IMG/VR virus record: IMGVR_UViG_2930578203_000001
Coordinates: 1 to 64,000 of that record
Direction: 5' to 3' (one strand)
Source: a virus
Lineage: Duplodnaviria; Caudoviricetes
DNA: 64,000 nucleotides
Shown here: positions 19,905 through 28,963 of the stretch, one piece after another
Numbering within the stretch: the first letter of the stretch is position 1
Layout: every line of letters begins with the position of its first letter
Program-made: the position numbers and the translations under genes
The notes under the pieces: model-generated
Seen by the model: the letters and a program-made list of their open reading frames with translations, nothing else
Database searches by the model: none
What the model was told of the DNA's origin: nothing

Positions 19905-21386
19905 GTGGCGGCAACGAACCTCGCCCCCGCCGGGCAGGAAGCCCTGATACCTGTGGAGGAGCTGACGGGCCCCGAGCCGGTCGTCCACTGCGCGGACGCC
20001 CTCGACCACCTTCGGGCCCTCCCCGATGCCTCGGTGGACGCGATCGTGACCGATCCGCCGTACGAGCTGGGGTTCCTCGGCAAGGCGTGGGACGCCTCCG
20101 GCATCGCCTACAGCGTGGACATGTGGGCGGAGTGCCTGCGCGTCCTCAAGCCGGGCGGGCACTTGGCCGCGTTCGGCGCGACCCGCACCTACCACCGCAT
20201 GGCCGTGGCCGTCGAGGACGCCGGATTCGAGATCCGTGACTCCCTGCACTGGCTGTACGGCACCGGCTTCCCCAAGGGACAGGACGTCGGGAAGCTGATC
20301 GACCGGCGCCGCGACGACCACCCCGCCCGCCGCCGCTTCACCGCCGAGTTCGCCGCGCTCCGCGACTCCGTCGGCTGGACGAACCCGCAGATCGACGCCC
20401 TATTCGGCTTCAACGGCATGGCGCAGCACTGGACGACACAGACCAAGACCGCCGCCGTCCCGACCGTCGAACAGTGGGGTCAGTTGAAGGCGGAGATGGG
20501 GTTCGAGGCCCCGATCAGCGTCGAGGACCTAGTGCACGAGCTGAACGGGCGCAAGAACGCGCCCGGGGAGGCGTGGGAAGACCGGGAAGTCATCGGCAAG
20601 GGGCACCGGGCCCGGGGCGGCTCCGGGGTGTTCCCGCAGCTCCAGTCCGACACGTTCGACGTGACCGTACCGGCGACCGCCGAGGCCGCCCGCTGGGACG
20701 GCTGGAACACCGCCCTCAAGCCCGGCCATGAGCCGATCGTCCTGGCGCGGAAACCGCTCGAGGGCACGGTCGCCTCCAACGTCCTGGCGTACGGCACCGG
20801 CGCGATGAACACCGCGGCGTGCAAGACCCCGCCCGGCGACGCCGAGGGGCGTTGGCCGACCAATGTGCTGCTGTCGCACGCGTGGGCCGTCGACGAGGTG
20901 GGATGGATCGTTGACGGTTGCGCGGACGGCTGCGCGGAGGGGTGCCCGGTCGCCGAGCTGGACGGCCAGTCGGGGCGGCTCACCTCCGGGGCGAACCCAC
21001 GGCGCCGAGGGTCGGACAAGTTCCGCGACGTGTACGGCGACTTCAAGGGCCAGACCGCGTGCAAGCCGGTCCGGGGCGCGGACTCCGGCGGCGCCTCCCG
21101 CTTCTACCCGGCGTTCCGCTACCAGGCCAAGGCCCCCACCAGTGAGCGGCCGCGCCTCCCGGACGGCACCGTGCACCCCACGGTGAAGCCGGTCGCGCTC
21201 ATGCGCTGGTTGGTCCGGCTGCTCACCGCGCCCGGCGGGATCGTCCTGGACCCGTTCGCCGGTACCGGCACGACGCTCGAGGCCGCCCGCCTGGAGGGCT
21301 TCGACTCCATGGGCGTGGAGGCCAGGGCCGAGTACGCCGAGCTGTGCCGCCTCCGGCTGCGCCGCGAGACCGTGAGGAGCAACTGA
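19905..21386 (+). CDS. orphan N4/N6 DNA methyltransferase (beta class) with insertion
   Basis: TDPPY near N-terminus; HPTVKP and DPFAGTGTT near C-terminus. Confidence 0.9.
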   Translation: MAATNLAPAGQEALIPVEELTGPEPVVHCADALDHLRALPDASVDAIVTDPPYELGFLGKAWDASGIAYSVDMWAECLRVLKPGGHLAAFGATRTYHRMAVAVEDAGFEIRDSLHWLYGTGFPKGQDVGKLIDRRRDDHPARRRFTAEFAALRDSVGWTNPQIDALFGFNGMAQHWTTQTKTAAVPTVEQWGQLKAEMGFEAPISVEDLVHELNGRKNAPGEAWEDREVIGKGHRARGGSGVFPQLQSDTFDVTVPATAEAARWDGWNTALKPGHEPIVLARKPLEGTVASNVLAYGTGAMNTAACKTPPGDAEGRWPTNVLLSHAWAVDEVGWIVDGCADGCAEGCPVAELDGQSGRLTSGANPRRRGSDKFRDVYGDFKGQTACKPVRGADSGGASRFYPAFRYQAKAPTSERPRLPDGTVHPTVKPVALMRWLVRLLTAPGGIVLDPFAGTGTTLEAARLEGFDSMGVEARAEYAELCRLRLRRETVRSN

Positions 21387-21811
21387 TGCGCATGACCGGC
21401 TTCGACTCCACGCGCCTGCCCGGGGGCGTGTACCTCGTCTTCCAGCGGTTCGCGGATGAGGGCGCCACCTCTCGCACCTGGTCCCTGAGCGGGCTGGGGG
21501 CGCCGAAGCTGTCACTCAGCACCCTCGTGCAGACCCGAGAGGAGTTCTACGGGCCCCGGGGCAAGCGGCCGCCGGGGCTGTGGAAGCGAGTGCTGCGCGC
21601 GGTTGTCAGGAGCAACGGGCGTACGACGTCGTACTACTGCCCGGACATCCCGCCATCCCGGCTCGGGATCTCCCTGGCCGTGCCCCGCTACGTCCTCCAC
21701 CTGCGATGGGAGACGCGCCGCTTTCGCCAGGCGGCGACCGAGCACCCGGGACGGCCGTCGTGTCCGGCGTGCACGGCCGCGGGCTGGCGCCGGGCCGAGG
21801 ACGCGACGTAA
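21386..21811 (+). CDS. hypothetical protein
   Basis: TGATG coupling, GAGGAG RBS, CPAC motif. Confidence 0.6.
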   Translation: MRMTGFDSTRLPGGVYLVFQRFADEGATSRTWSLSGLGAPKLSLSTLVQTREEFYGPRGKRPPGLWKRVLRAVVRSNGRTTSYYCPDIPPSRLGISLAVPRYVLHLRWETRRFRQAATEHPGRPSCPACTAAGWRRAEDAT

Positions 21812-21912
21812 GGCGCGGCCGCCGTCCACTCTCCCCGCCTCGCCCGGGGCGTGCCCGACCAGGACCGCGACTCAGCGATCCGGCGCCCGGGGCAGACGAG
21901 GAGACCAGTGCT

Positions 21913-22266
21913 GTGGCACGACGACGGACCGGTCCCACCGACGTGGTGAAGGCCATGGTCTACGACCGCGACGGCGGCGCCTGTGTGCGCTGCGGAGCGC
22001 TGGAGAACCTGACCGTCCACCACCGGGTGAACCGCGGCATGGGCGGGGCGCGGGAGCCCTGGATCAACCAGGCGCACAACCTGCTGACCGCCTGCACCGT
22101 GTGCAACGGCTGGTTCGAGGACAACCCGCGGGAGTCGTACGAGGCCGGGTGGAAGGTGCGCCGGCCGCAGCTCCCCGGCGAGGTCCTGGTGCGCTACCCG
22201 GACGGCAGCGAATACCGGCTCACCCCGGACGGCGTCCGCGCCACGACCGTGGCGGCCGCCCGATGA
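21913..22266 (+). CDS. HNH endonuclease
   Basis: RDGGACVRCG..LTVHHR..NLLTACTVCN. Confidence 0.85.
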   Translation: MARRRTGPTDVVKAMVYDRDGGACVRCGALENLTVHHRVNRGMGGAREPWINQAHNLLTACTVCNGWFEDNPRESYEAGWKVRRPQLPGEVLVRYPDGSEYRLTPDGVRATTVAAAR

Positions 22267-22378
22267 AGCGCCGCCGCCGCACTCGCGGCTCCTCGACGTC
22301 CCGAACGGACTGGATCGCCGCCGCGATGGAAGGCCTCTTCGACGCCGTGACCGAGTTCCTGTGCTCCTGGGGGCGGCG

Positions 22379-22969
22379 ATGAAGCGCCGTCGCCAGTGCC
22401 CCGCGATCCCGGCCGCGCTCGTCGGCTCCCAGGGCTGGCGGTGCCAGCGCCTCGTCGACCACGACGGCCCGCACAAGGCCTCGTACTCCGACCGGTCAAC
22501 CATGCACTACTCGTGGGAGGGCGACGCCACCAGCATCTTCGGGTACCAGACGCTCCCCGGCACCGTCCGCTTCCGGTCGCCGCTCTGGACGCCGCAGCGC
22601 CGGTACCGCGCCGGCGAATGGACCATGAGCCTGCTGATCGCCCTGGTGCTGGGGTGGTGCTGGTCGCTGAGCGCGGCCGCCGTGTTCCTCGTGCTGGAGC
22701 TGTTCACGTCCATCCGGCGGGCGCACTTCGTCGACGTCGGCCGGTTCACCGCCGGCGTGTACCTGGTACGCCGGGACAACTACCCGGCGTTCTTCGCGAT
22801 CGGCTTCGCCCGGTACAGGCCGGAGGCCGACGCCAAGAGGAGCGGCCTGCAGGTCGTCGTCGGGCGCCTGTCGCTGATCGTGTGTGCACTGCTGCCGCGA
22901 GGCGAGTGGGCCGACTACCAGCACCGCAAGGCCGAGCGCGAGGCACTGCGGAAGGACGGCGCCCGATGA
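22379..22969 (+). CDS. hypothetical membrane protein
   Basis: Hydrophobic segment; ATGA overlaps with neighbouring genes. Confidence 0.6.
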   Translation: MKRRRQCPAIPAALVGSQGWRCQRLVDHDGPHKASYSDRSTMHYSWEGDATSIFGYQTLPGTVRFRSPLWTPQRRYRAGEWTMSLLIALVLGWCWSLSAAAVFLVLELFTSIRRAHFVDVGRFTAGVYLVRRDNYPAFFAIGFARYRPEADAKRSGLQVVVGRLSLIVCALLPRGEWADYQHRKAEREALRKDGAR

Positions 22970-23214
22970 GCCCCCGAATCACGATGAAGACCCGCGTACG
23001 GCGGCCTCGCGGGCTGCGTCTCGGGACGTGGCTGCTGTGGGTCGTCCGCCTCCCGCAGGGACCGAACCTTGGTGTCGGGCGGATCGCGATCACGGACACG
23101 CCCCGCGACCCAGCTCTCGGCCAGACCCGGGCGAGAGACGGCCAAGGACGGGTTCTGATCGTCGGCGGCGTCGCGTTCGCAGTGCTTCGATGCAGGTCAG
23201 TACCTGTGCACTGA
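22966..23214 (+). CDS. hypothetical protein
   Basis: ATGA overlap. Confidence 0.45.
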   Translation: MSPRITMKTRVRRPRGLRLGTWLLWVVRLPQGPNLGVGRIAITDTPRDPALGQTRARDGQGRVLIVGGVAFAVLRCRSVPVH

Positions 23215-23313
23215 CACGTCGCTCTCGTGGCTGTATCATTTCCGGTCGTGCGCAGGCGTGGGGTAACCCCAGTCGGCGTGAGGCGCAGCCCCGCGCCACA
23301 GCTTGAGACGGGA

Positions 23314-23964
23314 ATGGCAGCCATGCCCAAGGCCGGGATCACCTACTCGAAGAAGAAGATCGAGAAGACCGACTTCAAGGCCCTCCGCGAGGCCGCGGAG
23401 CGCACCGTGACGGAGGAGCTGGGCCGGATCGCTCGCCCGGACGACCGGATCGAGCGCGCCGCCGAGGTCATCCGCCAAGCGGACGCCGAGGTCGCACTGC
23501 ACCTCGATGACCGCGACAAGGCCGTGGCCTCCCTCTGGTTCTACGAGCACGTTCCTGGTCTCGCTGGCGCGATCGGTGTTACGCCGACCGCCTACCGCGA
23601 GGTCCTGAGCAAGGCGTTCTACGGCGGCCCCGAGCGAGTGCGCACCGAGAGCGGCCACTACGAGCTGCGGCCCGTTCCTGACCTCCCGGGCGCTGAGCTG
23701 GTCAAGGCGGCCCGGGAAGCGGGCGTGCCGTTCGTTGAGGACGCCGACGAGAAGCTGCCGAACCTGGCCACCGTCGTCGCCGAGGCGCGCGCCCGCCGCG
23801 GCGCCGCCGTGGTGTTCATGCGGGATGCCGCGCTGGCCCTGTCGGAGGAGCCGTACGGCTGGGACGGGCCGAGGATCGCCGAGCACGCCGGCGTGCAGAA
23901 GAAACTGATCTGGCAGCAGCAGGCAGCCGCCCGCGCAGCACGCGACCGCGCCGCCAAGCGCTGA
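23314..23964 (+). CDS. hypothetical protein, possible HTH DNA-binding
   Basis: CTGACA-N17-TATCAT promoter at 23211-23239; two HTH-like segments (LAGAIGVT, IAEHAGV). Confidence 0.7.
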   Translation: MAAMPKAGITYSKKKIEKTDFKALREAAERTVTEELGRIARPDDRIERAAEVIRQADAEVALHLDDRDKAVASLWFYEHVPGLAGAIGVTPTAYREVLSKAFYGGPERVRTESGHYELRPVPDLPGAELVKAAREAGVPFVEDADEKLPNLATVVAEARARRGAAVVFMRDAALALSEEPYGWDGPRIAEHAGVQKKLIWQQQAAARAARDRAAKR

Positions 23965-23983
23965 CCGACCCGCCGCACATCCC

Positions 23984-24021
23984 AGACCGGCCCCGAGTAC
24001 CTACGGGGCCGGTCTTCCCTT
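23984..24021 (+). terminator. hairpin terminator candidate
   Basis: AGACCGGCCCCG/CGGGGCCGGTCT stem followed by a T-rich tract, just after the stop codon. Confidence 0.6.
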
Positions 24022-24073
24022 TGCTCCCAGGTCAGACCGGGGCCTGATTATCAGGCGCCGGTCACCGGGGCCT

Positions 24074-24133
24074 GGAAATCCGGCTTCCGGTAGGACGGAC
24101 ACCGGCAGTCCGGTCACCGGTAGATCAGGCGCC
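24074..24133. repeat. four imperfect 15-bp tandem repeats followed by an AT-rich tract
   Basis: GGAAATCCGGCTTCC GGTAGGACGGACACC GGCAGTCCGGTCACC GGTAGATCAGGCGCC. Confidence 0.6.
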
Positions 24134-24305
24134 TTTAGTAACAAGATCAAGCACCACAATGAAGTAAGAGTTCCGATGCCTTCGCTTCGCTCAGGCATCG
24201 GCGTGCATCGCCTCCGAAGGACCCTCGAACCGACCTCCAGCGCAGCAGCAGGGCGGAGCAGAAGGAGGCGCGTCACAGAATCCGGCCGTTGGCGTTCTCT
24301 CAGAC

Positions 24306-24776
24306 ATGACGATGCGATCCATGCCCACGCGCACGATGCTCCCGCCGAACCTGACCCGGCACTTCTACGAGACCCGCCGGGCGTTCCTCAAGAGCGCCGG
24401 ACAGGACTCCACCCCGTGGTTCCAGCTCTCCCCGTTGGAGCGCGGCGTCGTCGAGTCGGAGATGGAGATCTTCCGGCAGTCGATACAGCGGGCCGAGGAG
24501 GAGCAGGACCTGCTCGCCAGCCTCGACGCCACCCGGGCCGCCGCCATCGACGAGCCAGCCGCCGAGGAGGCACCGGAACCCGCGGCCGCCGACGAGGACG
24601 CCGAGGAGGAATGCTGCCTCGGGTGCGCGGCCGTCGCCGCGGTCCTGACCCTCATCGAGGGGGTGAGCCAGAACCCGAAGCCGTCCGCCGAGGCCCCGGT
24701 GACGAACCGCTTCCCATTCAGCGTCGCCGAGGTCACCACCGTCCCCTCGACACCCGCCCGTGGGGCGTGCCGCTGA
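24306..24776 (+). CDS. hypothetical protein
   Basis: Leaderless-type start after an ECF-like promoter; acidic linker; CLGC motif. Confidence 0.65.
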   Translation: MTMRSMPTRTMLPPNLTRHFYETRRAFLKSAGQDSTPWFQLSPLERGVVESEMEIFRQSIQRAEEEQDLLASLDATRAAAIDEPAAEEAPEPAAADEDAEEECCLGCAAVAAVLTLIEGVSQNPKPSAEAPVTNRFPFSVAEVTTVPSTPARGACR

Positions 24777-24997
24777 GCGAGGAGGAGAAGGCCCGCGTGA
24801 AAGCCGCCGAGGGCAAGCTGCCCCTGTGGCTGATGACCGCGGGCATCGACCTCGACGGCACCGCGCCGCGTCTCCCCGTCACCTTCGAGGCCCGCCCGAT
24901 CAGCGTCGAGCGCCTGCTGATGATGGATCGCTCCCCCTTCGGCGACGTCCGCGCCGAGTTCTGGCGCAAGAAGCCGCCGGCCGCCGACAAGGCGTAA
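24767..24997 (+). CDS. small hypothetical protein
   Basis: GC3 bias; overlaps upstream gene. Confidence 0.55.
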   Translation: MPLSEEEKARVKAAEGKLPLWLMTAGIDLDGTAPRLPVTFEARPISVERLLMMDRSPFGDVRAEFWRKKPPAADKA

Positions 24998-25024
24998 CAG
25001 AATCCGGCGCGCGACGTACTACAG

Positions 25025-25235
25025 AGTGCGGCTGGCCCCCTGCCCCGAGATCCCCCGGGGAGAGCACTCCAGCCAGAACCCCCGGCCGGGGTGACGGCCC
25101 TGCTCCACCTCCCCGGTGCAGGGCCTCACCCCGGCAACAGACTTCCGGCAGGCCGCGGCCGCTCAGTGCGTACCTCGCCGGGCCCCCGCGGCCTGGCCGA
25201 CGGTCTGGGCATGGACCGATCGGCCAGGCCGCGAC
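25025..25235 (+). ncRNA. candidate structured non-coding RNA
   Basis: About 200 nt without a convincing ORF; several long hairpins; upstream ECF-like promoter. Confidence 0.35.
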
Positions 25236-25266
25236 ACTAGATCCCCGCGGGCGGCACCTTCCCGCC

Positions 25267-27063
25267 ATGTCCCGCACGCAGCTCTCGCCCACCACCCGCC
25301 CCCGCGTGGTCCCACCGGCCCGGGAGCTGCGCAACGGGCGTCAGCCGGGCGTCAGGTCCCGCGACGCGGCCAACGTCGCCGACCTCCTCCTCCGGGCACC
25401 CGTGCCCGCCAGGCGCCGCGCCTTCAAGCACGACCTCACCGCCCGCGAACGGCCGCACGTCATGCGGGAGGTCGAACGGGTCACCGGCTCGATGTACGGG
25501 CTCTGGCACGACACCCCCAGCGGCTTCATCGAGGACGTCCTCGGCGAAAGCATCTGGAGCCGTCAGCGCGAGATCGTCGACGCCGTCCCGTTCCATAAGC
25601 GCATCGCCGTACCGGCCGGCTTCGGCGTCGGGAAGACCTGGATCGCCGGACGCCTGGTCGCCTGGGCCGGAGCCGTCAACGCCCCCGGGACCATGGTCAT
25701 CGTCACCACCGCGACCCGATTCCGACAGGTACGAAACCAGCTCTGGCCGCACATCAGGAAGACCGTCGCTCGCGCGGGCCTGCCCGGATACTGCGACACC
25801 ACCCAGTGGAAAATCCCTGACCAGTGGGGCAATGACGTCATCGTGGCGTACGGCTTCACGGCGCCCGAGAACGACGAAGCGGCGATGCAGGGCATCCACG
25901 GCACGCCGAAGTTGCTCATCGTCGTCGACGAGGCCGGCGGTATCGCCCGCACGATCGGCAACGGCACGAACAACCTCCTCACTGGCGATGCGCGGATGCT
26001 GGCCATCGGCAACCCCGCGATGGATGACCCGCGGAGTTGGTTCGAGACGCTGTGCGAGGAAGGCGAGGACCCCGCGGAACGGGGAACGGTCACGATCCCT
26101 ATCGCGACGTTCGCCTCCCCGGCCATCACGAAGGAACGGGTCCCGTACTGCAACGACTGTCCCGACGGCGTCCCCCCGCACTCCCTCGCCATCCACCTCC
26201 CCGATCAGGAGTGGGTGGACCGCACGATCCGCGAGTACGGCGAAGATCACCCGTACGTCATCGCCAAGGTGCACGCCCGCTTCCCGAAGGGCGGTGGCGG
26301 CCTCGCGATACCCGTGACCTGGGTCGAGGACGCCCAGAACAACGACGACCCGACCGGGGCCGGCTGGCATCGGCTGTGCGACCTCGGCTTGGAAGGCGAG
26401 ACCGCCAAGCACACTGTGCGCGAAGGCGCCTGGGTCCGCCTCGGCGTCGACGTCGCCGCGGACGGCGGCGACGAATTCACGATCTACAGAGCCGTGGGCG
26501 ATGCGATCGAGATGCGGCACGCCAGCTCTGGCATGGCCAACGACAATCAGGTGAAGGTCGCCGAGAAAATCTTGGAGGAGATCCGCGCGGCGCAGCGCCT
26601 CGCCGACGCCCTGAACTCGCCCCACCCCGTCCGCGTGAAGATCGACAAGAATGGCATCGGCCACGGCGCGACCAGCATGCTGGAGGTCTGGGCGGAAAAC
26701 GGCACGCACCAGGCGCAGATTGTGGGCGTCATGGTGTCCGAGTCACCGAACCAAGACGACCCCGGCGCCGTCATGCGGCCGTACCGCAAGCGTGACGAGA
26801 TGTGGCTGGCCACCAGGGCGCTCCTCCAGCCGGACCCCTCGACCGGCACCGGCCGGCTGCGTCTCCGCGTCGACCGGCAGGCCGGCATCCAGCTCTCCAC
26901 GCCCAAGCTCGGCTCGAACACCGCTGGCTACAGCATCATCGAGTCGAAGAAGACGATGAAGGCCCGCGGTATGAAGAGTCCCGACCGGGCAGAAGCCGCC
27001 CTGCTGGCCGTGTACGAGCCGGAACCGATCAACCCGCCGCGTCGCCGTGGCCTGCTCAACTAG
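25267..27063 (+). CDS. phage terminase large subunit
   Basis: Walker A AGFGVGKT, Walker B IVVDEA, IGNP coupling motif, nuclease motifs GVDVA..GGD and SPDRAEA. Confidence 0.9.
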   Translation: MSRTQLSPTTRPRVVPPARELRNGRQPGVRSRDAANVADLLLRAPVPARRRAFKHDLTARERPHVMREVERVTGSMYGLWHDTPSGFIEDVLGESIWSRQREIVDAVPFHKRIAVPAGFGVGKTWIAGRLVAWAGAVNAPGTMVIVTTATRFRQVRNQLWPHIRKTVARAGLPGYCDTTQWKIPDQWGNDVIVAYGFTAPENDEAAMQGIHGTPKLLIVVDEAGGIARTIGNGTNNLLTGDARMLAIGNPAMDDPRSWFETLCEEGEDPAERGTVTIPIATFASPAITKERVPYCNDCPDGVPPHSLAIHLPDQEWVDRTIREYGEDHPYVIAKVHARFPKGGGGLAIPVTWVEDAQNNDDPTGAGWHRLCDLGLEGETAKHTVREGAWVRLGVDVAADGGDEFTIYRAVGDAIEMRHASSGMANDNQVKVAEKILEEIRAAQRLADALNSPHPVRVKIDKNGIGHGATSMLEVWAENGTHQAQIVGVMVSESPNQDDPGAVMRPYRKRDEMWLATRALLQPDPSTGTGRLRLRVDRQAGIQLSTPKLGSNTAGYSIIESKKTMKARGMKSPDRAEAALLAVYEPEPINPPRRRGLLN

Positions 27064-27133
27064 CGTGATCCACATATCCCGGCTTTTTACCTCATGCTGG
27101 GCATAGCTACTGTCGCCCCAGGAGGTGGTTGAA

Positions 27134-27886
27134 ATGGCTGAGCATCAACGCTTCAACTACAACCTCACTGGGCCGGTCGAGCGCGAAGTTATAGATGCGG
27201 ATGAGTTCGATGCATTTATCGCGCTCGAGCGAGCCCGCCGATACCAAATGGCCATGAGGCAGCCCGCTCGAATGGCGCCCCACGATGATGAACCATTCGA
27301 GCTAGCCAGGGAGCCAGCGGAGATCGGCGAGCTCCGTAAGGAGATGGCCCAGCTTCGGCAGGAGATGGCCCAGCTCCGCAGCCAGCCATCGCCACAGTCT
27401 GTAATGGATTCCTTGCGTCTTACTGCCGCACTACTCAAAATTCAGATCACCCAGCTCCGGCAGGAGGTGGATCGACTCCGCGGCGAGTTGGAGCAGGGTG
27501 TGGCAGACGCCATCAAGTCGGTGAGCGTTCTCCACGAGGAACTCCAGGGAACGAAGTCTGTTGCTGAGAAGTCGTTTCGGGAGGCGGCGCTTACCGACGT
27601 TGGGACAGGAGCGAAGATCTCTGCGCTTGAGAGGGCAGTGGATGACCTTCGCAAGCAGCTTCAAGCGGTGAAGCAAGAAGTGTCTGACTCGGCAAAGTCG
27701 TCTGGTAGCCGGCCACAGGAGCCGTCAGCCGCGCGGGACGTCCCACCGCGGTCACTGCCGAGGTACCAGCCATCCGACTCGAAGCCGTACCGGTATGCCA
27801 GTGACATCGAGTACATGATGAGGCAAACGCCTCGCGCGATATCCGAGTGGGAGAAGCCGTATGACCCGTACCGGGACAGGGATTGA
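27134..27886 (+). CDS. coiled-coil hypothetical protein
   Basis: GGAGG RBS, EMAQLR heptad duplication, lower GC. Confidence 0.65.
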   Translation: MAEHQRFNYNLTGPVEREVIDADEFDAFIALERARRYQMAMRQPARMAPHDDEPFELAREPAEIGELRKEMAQLRQEMAQLRSQPSPQSVMDSLRLTAALLKIQITQLRQEVDRLRGELEQGVADAIKSVSVLHEELQGTKSVAEKSFREAALTDVGTGAKISALERAVDDLRKQLQAVKQEVSDSAKSSGSRPQEPSAARDVPPRSLPRYQPSDSKPYRYASDIEYMMRQTPRAISEWEKPYDPYRDRD

Positions 27887-28048
27887 GCGTCGGCGTCATC
27901 AGGCTCGAAGCACCGGTCGCCTTGATCAGCGGCCGGTCCACGGCGGGCCGCGCGAACCCTGTGCTCCCGGGATGAGTTGAACCCTGGGCCACTCAAGTCC
28001 ACCCGCAACGGCCGCTGGCGGCCCGCAGGACCCTGGTACGGTCCCCGT

Positions 28049-28252
28049 ATGGACGTCGCAGTGCCCCTGACGGCCGCCGAGCAGGACCAGGTGCAGCTCG
28101 CCGCGGCGGCTGCGGACAAGACCGTTGAGGAGTTCCTACGGGACGCGGTCCTCAACGCCGCGAACGACCCGTTCCTTGCCGCCCTCGAGCAGGCCGCCAC
28201 CACGATCGCTGGCCGCGCCGACCGGATCCAGCACGACTACGCCACCGACTGA
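28049..28252 (+). CDS. small ribbon-helix-helix/DUF1778-like protein
   Basis: LTAAEQ..VQLAAAAADKTVEEFLRDAVL pattern. Confidence 0.55.
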   Translation: MDVAVPLTAAEQDQVQLAAAAADKTVEEFLRDAVLNAANDPFLAALEQAATTIAGRADRIQHDYATD

Positions 28253-28401
28253 CGGCACGCGGAAGGCCCGGTACCGACGGGGGATGCGGTACCGGGCCTG
28301 TGATCAGCGTACTTCCTGGTGCCGTACGGATGGACTGTTCCAGGAGGTTCGGCATGGGGCCAACGGGACGTGTTCGTCGGCCCCACGGCTGTCGCCTGAT
28401 A

Positions 28402-28821
28402 TCAGGCGATCGGGTAAGAGCCGGTGACGGTGATGATCTCCGCCGCCGTGGCCCCCTCGGAGTCGCCGTACAGGTGCTCCATGTTCAGCACCGCGGCGCC
28501 GTTCGAGCCGCTGGTGATCCGGATGCGGTCGATCTGCGTACCGTCCGACCCGGCGTAGATCTGCGCCTCACCGGTCCAGACGCCGTTGTCCGCGTCGCGG
28601 CCGTCGAGGCTGGCCTGGAAGACGTACCGGACGCCGGCCGCGGCCCGAACGGGCAGGGTCAGACCGAACCCGGCGCTGGACGCCGAAACGGTCTCCTTCT
28701 TCGCCGCGATCTGCGCGGTGAACGTGCAGACTCCATTCGCGGAGAGGTACTTGCCCGTGCCGGACGTGCCGTCGACGCCAGCGACGTTGGTGAGCTTCGG
28801 GGTCCAAGAGGTGGCGGTCAT
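28402..28821 (-). CDS. beta-rich protein resembling a tail-fibre C-terminal domain
   Basis: SWTP...GTGKY...GVCTF, LTLPV and ITVTGSY patterns; CGCGAC promoter upstream. Confidence 0.5.
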   Translation of the reverse strand: MTATSWTPKLTNVAGVDGTSGTGKYLSANGVCTFTAQIAAKKETVSASSAGFGLTLPVRAAAGVRYVFQASLDGRDADNGVWTGEAQIYAGSDGTQIDRIRITSGSNGAAVLNMEHLYGDSEGATAAEIITVTGSYPIA

Positions 28822-28963
28822 GGGCACTGCCTTCCGTAATGGGGAAAACCGTCCCGGGCGGGACAGCCGCCGAACAGTGCGCGACTCAGCCCGTTAGCGT
28901 CGCGTCCTCAAGGGGCGCGGGGCCTGATCTTCGGGTCCGGTCTCCCCCACTGCCAGACATCGC

